From: an uncultured virus (IMG/VR IMGVR_UViG_3300028275_000622)
Lineage: Duplodnaviria > Heunggongvirae > Uroviricota > Caudoviricetes
IMG/VR virus record: IMGVR_UViG_3300028275_000622
Reading direction: 5' to 3' (one strand)
DNA length: 64,000 nt
Of this stretch, positions 45,232 through 55,010 are shown one piece after another. The notes under the pieces were generated by a model. It was not told the origin of the DNA. It did no database searches and worked only from the letters and a program-made list of their open reading frames with translations. The first letter of the stretch is position 1. Each line of letters begins with the position of its first letter. A program made the translations under genes and the position numbers.

Positions 45232-47364
45232 ATGCCAAGAACTCCATCAGCAAATGAGTATTTTGCTGATTTTAAGATTGCACGTACCCGCCTAGAAAAC
45301 ATGGCAGTTAAAGCTGGCATGAATAAGGATACTGTTGCAAATCTTAGCATGTCTGACATTTTAAAAAGCCCTAGATTTACTAACGAGCAGAGAGAAGAGT
45401 TTTTAACTTCTCAGGAAATAGGTGGACATTTAAGCAAAGATTTAATGTCCACCACAAAAAACCCGGAAATTGCTCAAAAGGTAATGATGTCTAGGTTGGA
45501 TAAAGGGGATGCTCTTAGGAAAAAGCTTGAATCTTTACCACCTGAAGTAAGGAAGGAGGCAGAAAAGTCATTTCAACTTGAGCGTGAAACCATGGATAAC
45601 GATGGTTTCCAATATAGGAGGGGTGAAAAAAATTGGTATGGTAGAACTACTCGTGGTTCTGATGCGGATAGAGAAGACTATTTTCTAAATCGAGCACAAT
45701 CTATTGTCGCAGATGCCGAAAAGACTGCAAAAGATGTAGCTGGGGAAAAAGACCCTGTAAAAAAGAAAGAGTTAGCTGAAAAAATATACTCTCAAAGACA
45801 AGCATCTTTTACTGATGCAAATAGCGATAGAAATGATGCAGATGCTGAGCTTAAAAGAGCTAATATAGGTCTTGCAATGGATGTTGGACTAACAGCAGCA
45901 ACTGCTGTTGTGCCCGGAGGAGTTGCATTACGATTTGTTGCCGGAGGTGTTGGTAAGGGTACTCAAGCACTCAGGGCAATGGGTAGAGTAGCCTATGAGG
46001 GTGTAAAACATGGAAGTAAAAAGTTTGTAGCTACTGAGGGGGTTAAGCTTGGGACACATGCTTTGGATGACACCCTTGCAAAAATAGACGGAGTTCCCCA
46101 ATTCGCTAGAAATGCAGTTAGTGCTGTTGCTGGTTATTCAAAAGCATATGCAGAAAATTTATACGGGGATGTTCATACACATAAGCTTTTTAGCGGGGAT
46201 GTGGGTGGATTCGTATGGAGCTTAGGCAACAAACAAATGGCAGCAAATGCTCTAGGTATTGCTCTTCCCTTTGCAAAAGGTTCTCCAAAAAATCTAACCG
46301 GTGCGTCTAAAAAAGCCATCGAAGCAAAGCAACAAGTGCAGAGAAGAGCTAACAAAATAGTTGATAAAGGGGAAGAGGCTTTTCAAAACTCTGCAATGCT
46401 AGGAAATGCTGCGGATGCTCTAGATAGTGGGCACGAGGTTTACACATCTGTTGCCAACTATGACCTTAAATACAAGCAGGCTCGTGCAGAAATAGCAGGT
46501 AGGAAAGAAAATCAAAACCTTTCCTCCGAGCAAATAGATAGATTAGCCAAACAAAGAGTTGTTAGGGACATTGGGTACAATACCGGAAACACTAAAAATG
46601 CTGCAACTGATGTTGCAGGTGGGATTAAAGATTATAAATCTCAAAGCGCAAGGAGTTCTAAAAACGCTAACGAGGTTAGCTCTAAAACTGAGCAAATTGA
46701 AACTAATGCTAAACAGGATGCTAAAGAACAAATTGAAAATGATGCTGAAACTCCCTCAGAGCAATTACTTTTTGATACATACATGGAGAAAGTAAAAAAA
46801 CCTGATATTACTCCAGAGCAAAAAGCAGAGGCTACTAAAGAGTATAAATCTCAGACTAATGCACGTAGTTCCAAAATTCAGGAAATAGCTCAACAAAAAA
46901 CTCAAGAAAAAATTCAAGATATAAAAGATACTCAAGAGCACAGAGATATTCGACATGATCAAATAGATACTTTTAGGCACATTCGTGGCGAAGAAAGCAA
47001 AGCCCCTAGAAGTACTCTACGTGAACCACGTGAGACTACTGAACCACATGAACCACATGAACCACATGAACCACGTGCAGAACCACATGAACCACGTGCA
47101 GAACCACATGAACCACGTGAGACTACTGAACCCAAAGAAACTAAAGAACCTAAAGAACCAAGAGAAAACAGAGAACCTCACATACCAAGAGTGCCAACAG
47201 GGGAAAGGCACGATAATACTCCACCTTTACCACCAGTAGGTGGGAATAGTGGGGGTGGTGGCACTTTTGCAAGTTCTGTGGGAAGCGGGTTCCCAATGCA
47301 AACCGCACCGTCTTACTCGTATGTAAACATTCAATTGCCCTACTTCAGCGAGTTAGGACTGTAA
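45232..47364 (+). CDS. Helical virion protein at the tape-measure position (tape measure or ejection protein) with C-terminal EPH repeats
   Basis: A/G-rich middle region, charged helical ends, position after the tube-like genes. Confidence 0.5.
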   Translation: MPRTPSANEYFADFKIARTRLENMAVKAGMNKDTVANLSMSDILKSPRFTNEQREEFLTSQEIGGHLSKDLMSTTKNPEIAQKVMMSRLDKGDALRKKLESLPPEVRKEAEKSFQLERETMDNDGFQYRRGEKNWYGRTTRGSDADREDYFLNRAQSIVADAEKTAKDVAGEKDPVKKKELAEKIYSQRQASFTDANSDRNDADAELKRANIGLAMDVGLTAATAVVPGGVALRFVAGGVGKGTQALRAMGRVAYEGVKHGSKKFVATEGVKLGTHALDDTLAKIDGVPQFARNAVSAVAGYSKAYAENLYGDVHTHKLFSGDVGGFVWSLGNKQMAANALGIALPFAKGSPKNLTGASKKAIEAKQQVQRRANKIVDKGEEAFQNSAMLGNAADALDSGHEVYTSVANYDLKYKQARAEIAGRKENQNLSSEQIDRLAKQRVVRDIGYNTGNTKNAATDVAGGIKDYKSQSARSSKNANEVSSKTEQIETNAKQDAKEQIENDAETPSEQLLFDTYMEKVKKPDITPEQKAEATKEYKSQTNARSSKIQEIAQQKTQEKIQDIKDTQEHRDIRHDQIDTFRHIRGEESKAPRSTLREPRETTEPHEPHEPHEPRAEPHEPRAEPHEPRETTEPKETKEPKEPRENREPHIPRVPTGERHDNTPPLPPVGGNSGGGGTFASSVGSGFPMQTAPSYSYVNIQLPYFSELGL
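47023..47178 (+). repeat. Coding VNTR of GAACCACAT / GAACCACGT units (EPH, EPR, EPK)
   Basis: Tandem 9-, 12- and 18-bp units visible directly. Confidence 0.9.
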
Positions 47365-47909
47365 TGGCATTAATAAAGAGCAACACGGGTAACATACTCA
47401 CTGCGATCAAGACATTGCTAGTGAACGAACTTGCAGTGGGATCCCACAAGGTTCTGCTGGTTGCAAAAACAATTATTCCCAATTTCACAGGTGATCAGGA
47501 CTTCATTATCAGACCGGGTTCCCCCACACCAGAAGATGGATTTGTGCAGGGTAGTGGAAGGCTTGCATCTGTCGTGCAAAGGCAGATGTATGTGGCAATT
47601 CGCACAAGGTTTGGTGTGGATGTTTCCAACAGTGACGAGAGGTGGTTGCTAGATCCTACCTTAGGACACCTCGCAAGGGAGGAGCAGGTTATAAACCTGC
47701 TCCACCTTCGAAGGCTCAAGGATTCATCTGGTAATGATCTTCTGATTGAACCAATGCGCATGACACAACCCATACAAGACTTTGTGGGACACTCTCAGGA
47801 TGGTTACACAAGGGGTGGTGACGAGAAGGATGCGCAAAAGCAATACGGTATTTCCATCCTTGCTTTCGAATGCAGGTACATGCTGGGGGTGACAAACGAT
47901 GGCTACTAA
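47364..47909 (+). CDS. Putative tail completion protein
   Basis: Size, position and TAATG coupling. Confidence 0.45.
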   Translation: MALIKSNTGNILTAIKTLLVNELAVGSHKVLLVAKTIIPNFTGDQDFIIRPGSPTPEDGFVQGSGRLASVVQRQMYVAIRTRFGVDVSNSDERWLLDPTLGHLAREEQVINLLHLRRLKDSSGNDLLIEPMRMTQPIQDFVGHSQDGYTRGGDEKDAQKQYGISILAFECRYMLGVTNDGY

Positions 47910-49599
47910 CTCAGCTAATTACCTCAGGTACGGCCCCATCAAATTAAATATTGTAAAGCTGAATGAGTATAAAAAAGAACCAGTGTACTCTGACAAAGAG
48001 CGTACACATTATATGTACACCAGACATATTCTTTCCATTAACGCTGTGGTGTACCCTGACACAGATATAGATTATTCAGAACTTCCCAAGGATGCATACG
48101 CATCATTTTCCACCTGTTACACTAACGAACCAACGGACGGTCCCAACAGCAATGGTGGTGCAAGTGATCCAGCTTTTTCGGTGTATGGTAACAATCCCCT
48201 AAAGCTGCCACCAGTAGCAAGAATTGAAAGTTTATTGCGACACATGCTCATGCAACCACGGCAAAAGCTTAAGTATGTGGTTGGGGATAGTGTTATGCTG
48301 GAGTCTCCATCCGTTGATGCTCTAGTTGATTGCAATAATGGACCTAAACCAGTTTCCCTAACTGTCCGCAGTGTCAGCGGTTTGCAATCCATGGTGGTAG
48401 AGTTTGTGGTATCCACAGACATAAATGAATCTTTTAGGTTTGGTGCTCCAGAATACCCAATGGTTTCCAACCAGTTTGTAATGGAGCACGAAATTGATCA
48501 GGATTTTTACACAACACGAAAAGTTATGGGAGTTGCGCATTTCAGATCAGATTATTTAGTACGGCATAAATACTCACCAGACGATTTTAGGGAATGGCTA
48601 AATATTCCATCCCCAATTGGTTTTAAGAGGGATGTGGTCAAATGCAAATTATCACCAGACTCCCTCAAGCTTGAGTACTCTTTCGTTGACAGGGAAATGC
48701 ACCACCATTTGGACACAAGGAAGAGAAAGTCTTCGGAAAAAGCAACAATAAATAATGTGTCTGACATACCCTACCCAAAAATGAAAAACATTACTCGGTT
48801 GGAGGTAAAACAATACCTTACAGTCTCGCAGAAATCCCTCTCAGACTCCATATCAAGCGGTATCAATGCGGTGGTAAATACTATAACAGGTTCTGGTGGA
48901 AGTGCAGGGTCAAGGTTTAATACTGCATTTACTGGAATAAAAGACTTTGCTAGTTCATTTATGCCATTGCGTGAAGACAAGATTGATATTACAATCTACG
49001 GTAACAACTTGTCAGAAAAACACGAGTTGGAATATCTGGCACTTTTTATCATTGAAAAAAGAATACCTTATAAACCGTATTCCGGTATGTACACAATATC
49101 TCTGGAAGAAGATGTAATAGGATCTTTTGTGAAATTTCATGTTACTCGCCTGTCCGGCGTATTAGACACTGTGGATTCACTAGTTAATTCAAACGAAGCA
49201 ACACTATCAAACATTGCACTTAAACCAACATTTACACAAGGTTCTGCAAAATTTGACCTTAAAGAGGCTCACGCTAAAAAACTTACATTTTTCCAAGAGT
49301 CCCAAGGTATAAAGGGTGTAACGGTAAAATCCTTTATAGATGAGAAACCAAACAGCGATTTGCAAAATCTGGAAATTATTAAGGTTAGGGATGAGAAGTT
49401 CGATCAAATGCGTGGAACATACTTGGAGCAGTTGTTTGTGGAGTCCATACGCCACAATCCTGATGAGCCTCCTTTGGACGACAAGACTAAAAAGGTTTTC
49501 AGTTACAACGAGCAAAATAGAAAGAATGATGATTCCACTTACGAGCGTGTACTACCCATGGGCAATGATCCCTCTTTAGCACAGATGGAGACTGAATAA
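47899..49599 (+). CDS. Putative tail structural protein
   Basis: 566-aa ORF in the tail module. Confidence 0.6.
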   Translation: MATNSANYLRYGPIKLNIVKLNEYKKEPVYSDKERTHYMYTRHILSINAVVYPDTDIDYSELPKDAYASFSTCYTNEPTDGPNSNGGASDPAFSVYGNNPLKLPPVARIESLLRHMLMQPRQKLKYVVGDSVMLESPSVDALVDCNNGPKPVSLTVRSVSGLQSMVVEFVVSTDINESFRFGAPEYPMVSNQFVMEHEIDQDFYTTRKVMGVAHFRSDYLVRHKYSPDDFREWLNIPSPIGFKRDVVKCKLSPDSLKLEYSFVDREMHHHLDTRKRKSSEKATINNVSDIPYPKMKNITRLEVKQYLTVSQKSLSDSISSGINAVVNTITGSGGSAGSRFNTAFTGIKDFASSFMPLREDKIDITIYGNNLSEKHELEYLALFIIEKRIPYKPYSGMYTISLEEDVIGSFVKFHVTRLSGVLDTVDSLVNSNEATLSNIALKPTFTQGSAKFDLKEAHAKKLTFFQESQGIKGVTVKSFIDEKPNSDLQNLEIIKVRDEKFDQMRGTYLEQLFVESIRHNPDEPPLDDKTKKVFSYNEQNRKNDDSTYERVLPMGNDPSLAQMETE

Positions 49600-49601
49600 C
49601 C

Positions 49602-50264
49602 ATGGTAACAAAGACATGTTTTGATTACGGTCAAACCAACATATCTGAAGGGTGCACAACTAATCTGTGCAAGGTGAAGAGGGTACGTTATTTCAGATAC
49701 CACACGGAATCAAGGGGCAAGTCTACTCCAACCAATACAGGTAAAAACAACTCCACGGTAGTACCAAAAACCGAGAATATGTTACTACCAAAAGTGCAAC
49801 CAGTTTTAATAAACCAAGCACTTTTTAATTTTAACAAGGCAACCTACTTTAAATTATTTAATGCGCAGATAGCCCAGTATTTTTCAAGCAGGTTCCCATT
49901 TTCACCTTTGCGCAGGAAAAGATATGTCCCTTTTCCAACTATGGAAGTAAATGTACCAGAAAAAAATGCAAATGGTAATTGGGTAATTGTGAGCAGGTAC
50001 ACCAAGTTGCCTGCTGGGCAATATCAAACACGCCTTGGAGATAACCTCACAGGAAAAGAAGCATTCCAAAAATGGTACTCTGCCTATGCTGCCGGGGTTC
50101 AAGACCCGGCAGCAAGATGGAAAATTGTTTTTGAGCACTTGAGTGCAAACTGGAGCAATTACGCAGATTTGGGTTCAGATAATGCAAAGCTATATGCTCT
50201 ACAGTTCATACAGGTAATTAATGATGCCTATAGCGGACTTATAAAAATCCCTTCCAACTTCTAA
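49602..50264 (+). CDS. Phage hypothetical protein (tail module)
   Basis: Co-oriented and tightly packed. Confidence 0.6.
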   Translation: MVTKTCFDYGQTNISEGCTTNLCKVKRVRYFRYHTESRGKSTPTNTGKNNSTVVPKTENMLLPKVQPVLINQALFNFNKATYFKLFNAQIAQYFSSRFPFSPLRRKRYVPFPTMEVNVPEKNANGNWVIVSRYTKLPAGQYQTRLGDNLTGKEAFQKWYSAYAAGVQDPAARWKIVFEHLSANWSNYADLGSDNAKLYALQFIQVINDAYSGLIKIPSNF

Positions 50265-50274
50265 GTAATACACC

Positions 50275-50871
50275 ATGGCTACAGCATCCCTAAGAGAAAC
50301 TTTAATAAGTGGATCACACGCACTTTACCCATACTTAGTGGCTAATGTGACAGTGCATTACTCCACGATAGGTAACAAAATAGCTGTCAAAGGACTGGGT
50401 AACTACGGTGCTGCAACAAAAGTCATTAAAACATCTCAGCCAGTTACTAGGAAAGAGCTAGCATTCCAGTTTGTGAGGTTAAATGCTGCTCCTGATATTC
50501 CATACATTCAGTCTGTTTACAAAGATAATGAAGATGATGTTGTAGAGGTTGCAGATATTCAGCTTGGAGCACCAATATTACATAGTGACGGTAAAACACA
50601 AATATACCAAGCTGCTGGAAGAATTATTTACATATGTCAAACTGTTTATGATCCCGGTACATCCACACTTACTTATCCACTAAGTCCTATTGATGGAAAC
50701 AAAGCGCAGATGCCTTATATCAAGCCATCTGGATCATTAAACACTGACTCTTGGGCTGGCGGTGGTTTCAATGCAACATTTCCATTTACGCCAGTTGGTG
50801 GCGTAAGCTTTTCTTCCAATACTGCGACAAGCACATCTACTAGCGGTCCAAACGACACAATTGGGGGTTAA
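50275..50871 (+). CDS. Putative tail protein
   Basis: Co-oriented; beta-rich composition. Confidence 0.55.
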   Translation: MATASLRETLISGSHALYPYLVANVTVHYSTIGNKIAVKGLGNYGAATKVIKTSQPVTRKELAFQFVRLNAAPDIPYIQSVYKDNEDDVVEVADIQLGAPILHSDGKTQIYQAAGRIIYICQTVYDPGTSTLTYPLSPIDGNKAQMPYIKPSGSLNTDSWAGGGFNATFPFTPVGGVSFSSNTATSTSTSGPNDTIGG

Positions 50872-50873
50872 AA

Positions 50874-52238
50874 ATGGCTATAGACTACGATGGAACTTAT
50901 GGTATATTTACCAAAATAGGACTTATTGGGGGGTTTTTATCCGATATAAACACCTTTCAAAAATCACTTGTAAATGTAAAATCCCCGGCATTTGTAAACA
51001 AGTTCACAGGTAATGGTAAAACATCGCTTATTTTGGATTACATTCCTTCTATTGATGGCCAAATTGGTACTGTCAGCAATCTTATACCGGATCTTCTTTT
51101 AAATGTTGCAAGTAGTGTGGTTATCGACTCTGTACGGGCGCACGACCCACTAATTCCTGCTGACCTTAGCAGTTGTATGACTGAACTACTGCGCCAAATG
51201 CGATTGGATAGCAAAACGGTAAGAGCAATGAGCACGACATTTACAATTACAGATTCGACAAACAAAAATACTGTTCTGGTCGCACTAAAGAACAGGGACG
51301 GTGGGGATAACCAGTTTACCATTGCGGAAACATTAAGACTTGAGGTTAGTGCAGATTCCTACACAGGTGGAACAAGCGCAGGTAATGAGCAATTTAGTGT
51401 AAAGACGGTGGATTCTGCAACGGATGTGTACAACTATGATTACCCGGCTGGTTCTGGTTCTGATGTAACACTTTCCAGAACCAATTTAACTGCATCGCAG
51501 TCTGAGGGTAACATTTTGGAAAATGGCACGTTCACAATTGCAAGTACAACCACTGCGACTGCTCCCGCTGGATGGAGTAGTGTAGGATCCTACGGTACTG
51601 CTGGTACACACTGGGTTACTACCACAGATGGATTGAAGATTGTTGGTAATATCACGTCTGATGTTAGGCTTCAACAGGACGTGTCTATTAGCATCACTGC
51701 ACGGAATGTGTACGCTTTTCACTTCAGGGCAAAAGCACCAACAGCACTAACGACAGGATCCATAGCAATTGATTTGGTGGATTCCACAGGGAACATACTT
51801 ACTGACGATTCAAACAATTACCTTGCATTTAGTGCCAACCTGAACACTCTGACAGCAAGTTACACATCCTTTACTGGATCTTTCGTAATTGGTTCAAAGA
51901 CTCCCTCGGAAGTGTATCTACGCATAAGGTGCACAACGGCAGAAAATACCCAAGTATACATGGATAGACTTGTCCTTACTGAAATGACAGAACTTTACAC
52001 AGGTGGACCTTTTATATCTGTTCTGGGACTTGCATCAGATCCACTTACGACCTCTGAGAGGGTGGATATTACATTTTCAAAAAGCCTTGCAACGGTTACC
52101 AATGGGCAGGCAAGCACTCTGACGTACACCAACAACACATTTCAAGTATTGTTTGACAGACTATTTACCACTGGTTCGGGTGGTTTCACACTTCCTTACA
52201 GCGCAACACCCACTATATCTGATTCCCTTATTGCATAA
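50874..52238 (+). CDS. Tail protein with a carbohydrate-binding-like jelly-roll domain
   Basis: 'NILENGTF...PAGWS...LQQDV...YAFHFRAK...VYMDRLVL' CBM-like pattern. Confidence 0.55.
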   Translation: MAIDYDGTYGIFTKIGLIGGFLSDINTFQKSLVNVKSPAFVNKFTGNGKTSLILDYIPSIDGQIGTVSNLIPDLLLNVASSVVIDSVRAHDPLIPADLSSCMTELLRQMRLDSKTVRAMSTTFTITDSTNKNTVLVALKNRDGGDNQFTIAETLRLEVSADSYTGGTSAGNEQFSVKTVDSATDVYNYDYPAGSGSDVTLSRTNLTASQSEGNILENGTFTIASTTTATAPAGWSSVGSYGTAGTHWVTTTDGLKIVGNITSDVRLQQDVSISITARNVYAFHFRAKAPTALTTGSIAIDLVDSTGNILTDDSNNYLAFSANLNTLTASYTSFTGSFVIGSKTPSEVYLRIRCTTAENTQVYMDRLVLTEMTELYTGGPFISVLGLASDPLTTSERVDITFSKSLATVTNGQASTLTYTNNTFQVLFDRLFTTGSGGFTLPYSATPTISDSLIA

Positions 52239-55009
52239 TGATTGACCAAGAGTTTACATACGCTGGAGTTCCATTAATGGTTCCACCCAAGGAATTATAT
52301 GACTGGGTGGAGGAGAATATACCATTTAATGCGAGTAATTACTTTAGAACTCTTAACTATGGATTGCTCGATAACTCTGACATTGTTTTTAAAAACTATT
52401 CGGAAAATCCATTCCATGATTTAAAACTAAGTTCTTTGTATTGGCCCACAGGGGCAAGTAGATTTGCAACTGGGTTTTTCTTGGTTTCTTCAGAAGACTT
52501 GGAAAAGCTACCATCTTTTGACAACCTTGGGTACAAAGATGCCGTTGATACGCTTGGGGGAATGCGCAGTAGGGTAAATTCTAAAAATTACTACACTGCT
52601 GAAAAACTTGTCATCTATAACACTGAGATCCCACTGGCAGCAAAAATGTATATGCTGCCACCAAGACCACTTTTGCAAATTGAAAGTACTGTTGTTGATG
52701 ATGCAATAGAAACAAGGGGAAGGTTTCCAGTACCACACTTGGAAAGCTTGTGGGTTGTTCCGTTAGTGGATGATAGATATTGGTGGTGGTGGCATAACAC
52801 AGGGGAGTTTAAAATACCTAGTTGCTCCAACTGGGAGGATTTATTTTATACCATATTTGACAACTTAGGTTATGGACAACATCAAGTACTGGTAGATCCT
52901 GACATACCCCAAGAGTATCTTTTCCCACACAGCTTGTACCGAAAACAGTCTTACAACATACGAGTGCCTTTACTTCTTGATTCGATAGCACAATCTTGCA
53001 ACTGTCGCATTATTAGCCACTTCAATGGGCAAATAGAAATAATGCATGCAAGGAAAAGCTTCGATGCTCTTAAACAACCTCTTCTCACGCCCTCAGGTAA
53101 TCAGGGCGGGGGAAAAATGGTACTTGCAAATTTAGATAAATCAAAGTTTTACAAAAGTTTTCCATCCAAGTCTGACATTGGGAAAAACTCCGATGATGTG
53201 CAAAAACAATCTCTTAATATCAGGGACACTCCCGGAGTAATACCTGAGGTTGTTACGTTTGTTGTAAATAATAACCCAATCAGAGTTAATCTTTTGAACA
53301 AGGATGGGCTTGCAACGCAAAGGCCACTAAGTGAAACGACTATTAATGGGGATGATACTTTACATTCTCAAATTATTGAAACAATGGTTGATCCAACCGA
53401 CCTTGATTCAGTGGTTGCAGGGAAAATGCGATACTTTGAGGATACCAATAACCAAGGGCCGGATGATAAGAATTCAGAACCCTCCTATTACAAATCTGGT
53501 AATAATTCAGTAACAGTTGAATACCAGAATGGTGACTACATTCTGGACACTAAGAATAATGTCTTTTATGGGCCTCGCAGTGACTCTGGTTGGGGGGATG
53601 CATTTAGGGGTAAATCCCTTTTAAGCAAGTATTTCAAGGTTGTTGCCAGTGCATATAAAACAACAGGTAAAACTGCATGCCCTATATTAATGTACCCTCC
53701 TACAGGTGTAACGGAGAAGGACTTTAATACTAATCAGATTGAAACATTCTGCAAAACATATGCAAGGGATTGGGCCTTATATCAATACGCTGATGACGAT
53801 ATATCCCTAAATGGTTGTGTTCCAGTAGAACAGCACGGAATGCTGGACAACATTATATTTCACCTTAGTGTTGAGGATACCTACACTAGACTGATACGAC
53901 CACCTTACAACGACCTCACTGAAGAGGTTTACATTGAGTCCTACTTGGGTGATGAGGCAGCTTGTGATGCTGATACATATCCTTGCGGTCAGTGCAAAGG
54001 AATGCAGGGAGACAGTACAACTACACAACTGTATGGTTTTGGCACATCTGATATGTTCCTACCCTACAGCGCAATCCTGCAAAAAACCCAGACAGTCCCA
54101 ACAGGGGCAACTGCTGCGACATATCCACAGTGGCACAAGCCACCATATGTGGTGAAGTTTTGCCTAGGTGGTGCAATAGGCACTGCTGCTCTTGATTACC
54201 ACTTCCAGACAACCATGAATGTTAGTGTGTACTGGAATGGATCCAAGGTTGCATCACGCACTGTGTACGGGTCCAAGAGTTTCACCTGCCAGAGTGGTGC
54301 ACAATCTTGGGGAAGGTTGACTTTTTATAAAACTGAGAAAACACCATCCTACGCCATTGTTGTCGTTGATGCAGCAACAGACACATTTTCTCAACAAGAA
54401 GCAGAACGCCCACAAGCAATGAATTGGTACATGAACATGCGCTGCGTGGACTCCATACCATACCCTGCACCAAGGGCAATTGCTTGTGATAGTAAGTTGA
54501 ACGAGGTTGGTGGAGTTTTCACACTTGGTATGTTCACATCCATACCTGTAAATATTCAGGGCACTTCCACAGGAATAGTACCGAACACACCAATATGTAT
54601 TTCAGACTCTGCAAGCAGTACATTCCCGTGCGGTTCCAATCAGTCTTGTGTAATCCCTTCGAACTTACAGCTTAAATTCAACAATGCTCCAAGCTCTTGT
54701 AAGTTTCTCAAAGATGTTGTCATACCACTTCAACAAAGCACATCAGATGGTGGATGGATTGGAATATATGACCAATTCGGACCAACAAAAGACATTATTC
54801 AGGCAAAACTTACACTGGTTGGTACTACTGCGTTTAAGCTTGTGTTGAAAGATATTGTTAATGCTTCAAGAAGTCCTGTGGAAATTAACAACATTACAAC
54901 CTGTCTTTGCACTCCATTCACACTCACAATTCCCGGTGTGAATCTCACACCATTCGCATGCACTCCAGCATCACCTAACACACTTCAGGCAATAATTACT
55001 GAGGCATAA
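52238..55009 (+). CDS. Large tail-tip/baseplate hub-like protein
   Basis: 923 aa, Cys-rich C-terminus, precedes the fibre genes. Confidence 0.55.
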   Translation: MIDQEFTYAGVPLMVPPKELYDWVEENIPFNASNYFRTLNYGLLDNSDIVFKNYSENPFHDLKLSSLYWPTGASRFATGFFLVSSEDLEKLPSFDNLGYKDAVDTLGGMRSRVNSKNYYTAEKLVIYNTEIPLAAKMYMLPPRPLLQIESTVVDDAIETRGRFPVPHLESLWVVPLVDDRYWWWWHNTGEFKIPSCSNWEDLFYTIFDNLGYGQHQVLVDPDIPQEYLFPHSLYRKQSYNIRVPLLLDSIAQSCNCRIISHFNGQIEIMHARKSFDALKQPLLTPSGNQGGGKMVLANLDKSKFYKSFPSKSDIGKNSDDVQKQSLNIRDTPGVIPEVVTFVVNNNPIRVNLLNKDGLATQRPLSETTINGDDTLHSQIIETMVDPTDLDSVVAGKMRYFEDTNNQGPDDKNSEPSYYKSGNNSVTVEYQNGDYILDTKNNVFYGPRSDSGWGDAFRGKSLLSKYFKVVASAYKTTGKTACPILMYPPTGVTEKDFNTNQIETFCKTYARDWALYQYADDDISLNGCVPVEQHGMLDNIIFHLSVEDTYTRLIRPPYNDLTEEVYIESYLGDEAACDADTYPCGQCKGMQGDSTTTQLYGFGTSDMFLPYSAILQKTQTVPTGATAATYPQWHKPPYVVKFCLGGAIGTAALDYHFQTTMNVSVYWNGSKVASRTVYGSKSFTCQSGAQSWGRLTFYKTEKTPSYAIVVVDAATDTFSQQEAERPQAMNWYMNMRCVDSIPYPAPRAIACDSKLNEVGGVFTLGMFTSIPVNIQGTSTGIVPNTPICISDSASSTFPCGSNQSCVIPSNLQLKFNNAPSSCKFLKDVVIPLQQSTSDGGWIGIYDQFGPTKDIIQAKLTLVGTTAFKLVLKDIVNASRSPVEINNITTCLCTPFTLTIPGVNLTPFACTPASPNTLQAIITEA

Positions 55010-55010
55010 T

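Noticed and set aside
47017..47239. CRISPR array or alternate-frame NHM/WFM repeat proteins
   Set aside because: Tandem coding repeat with no unique spacers; the alternate frames are shadows.
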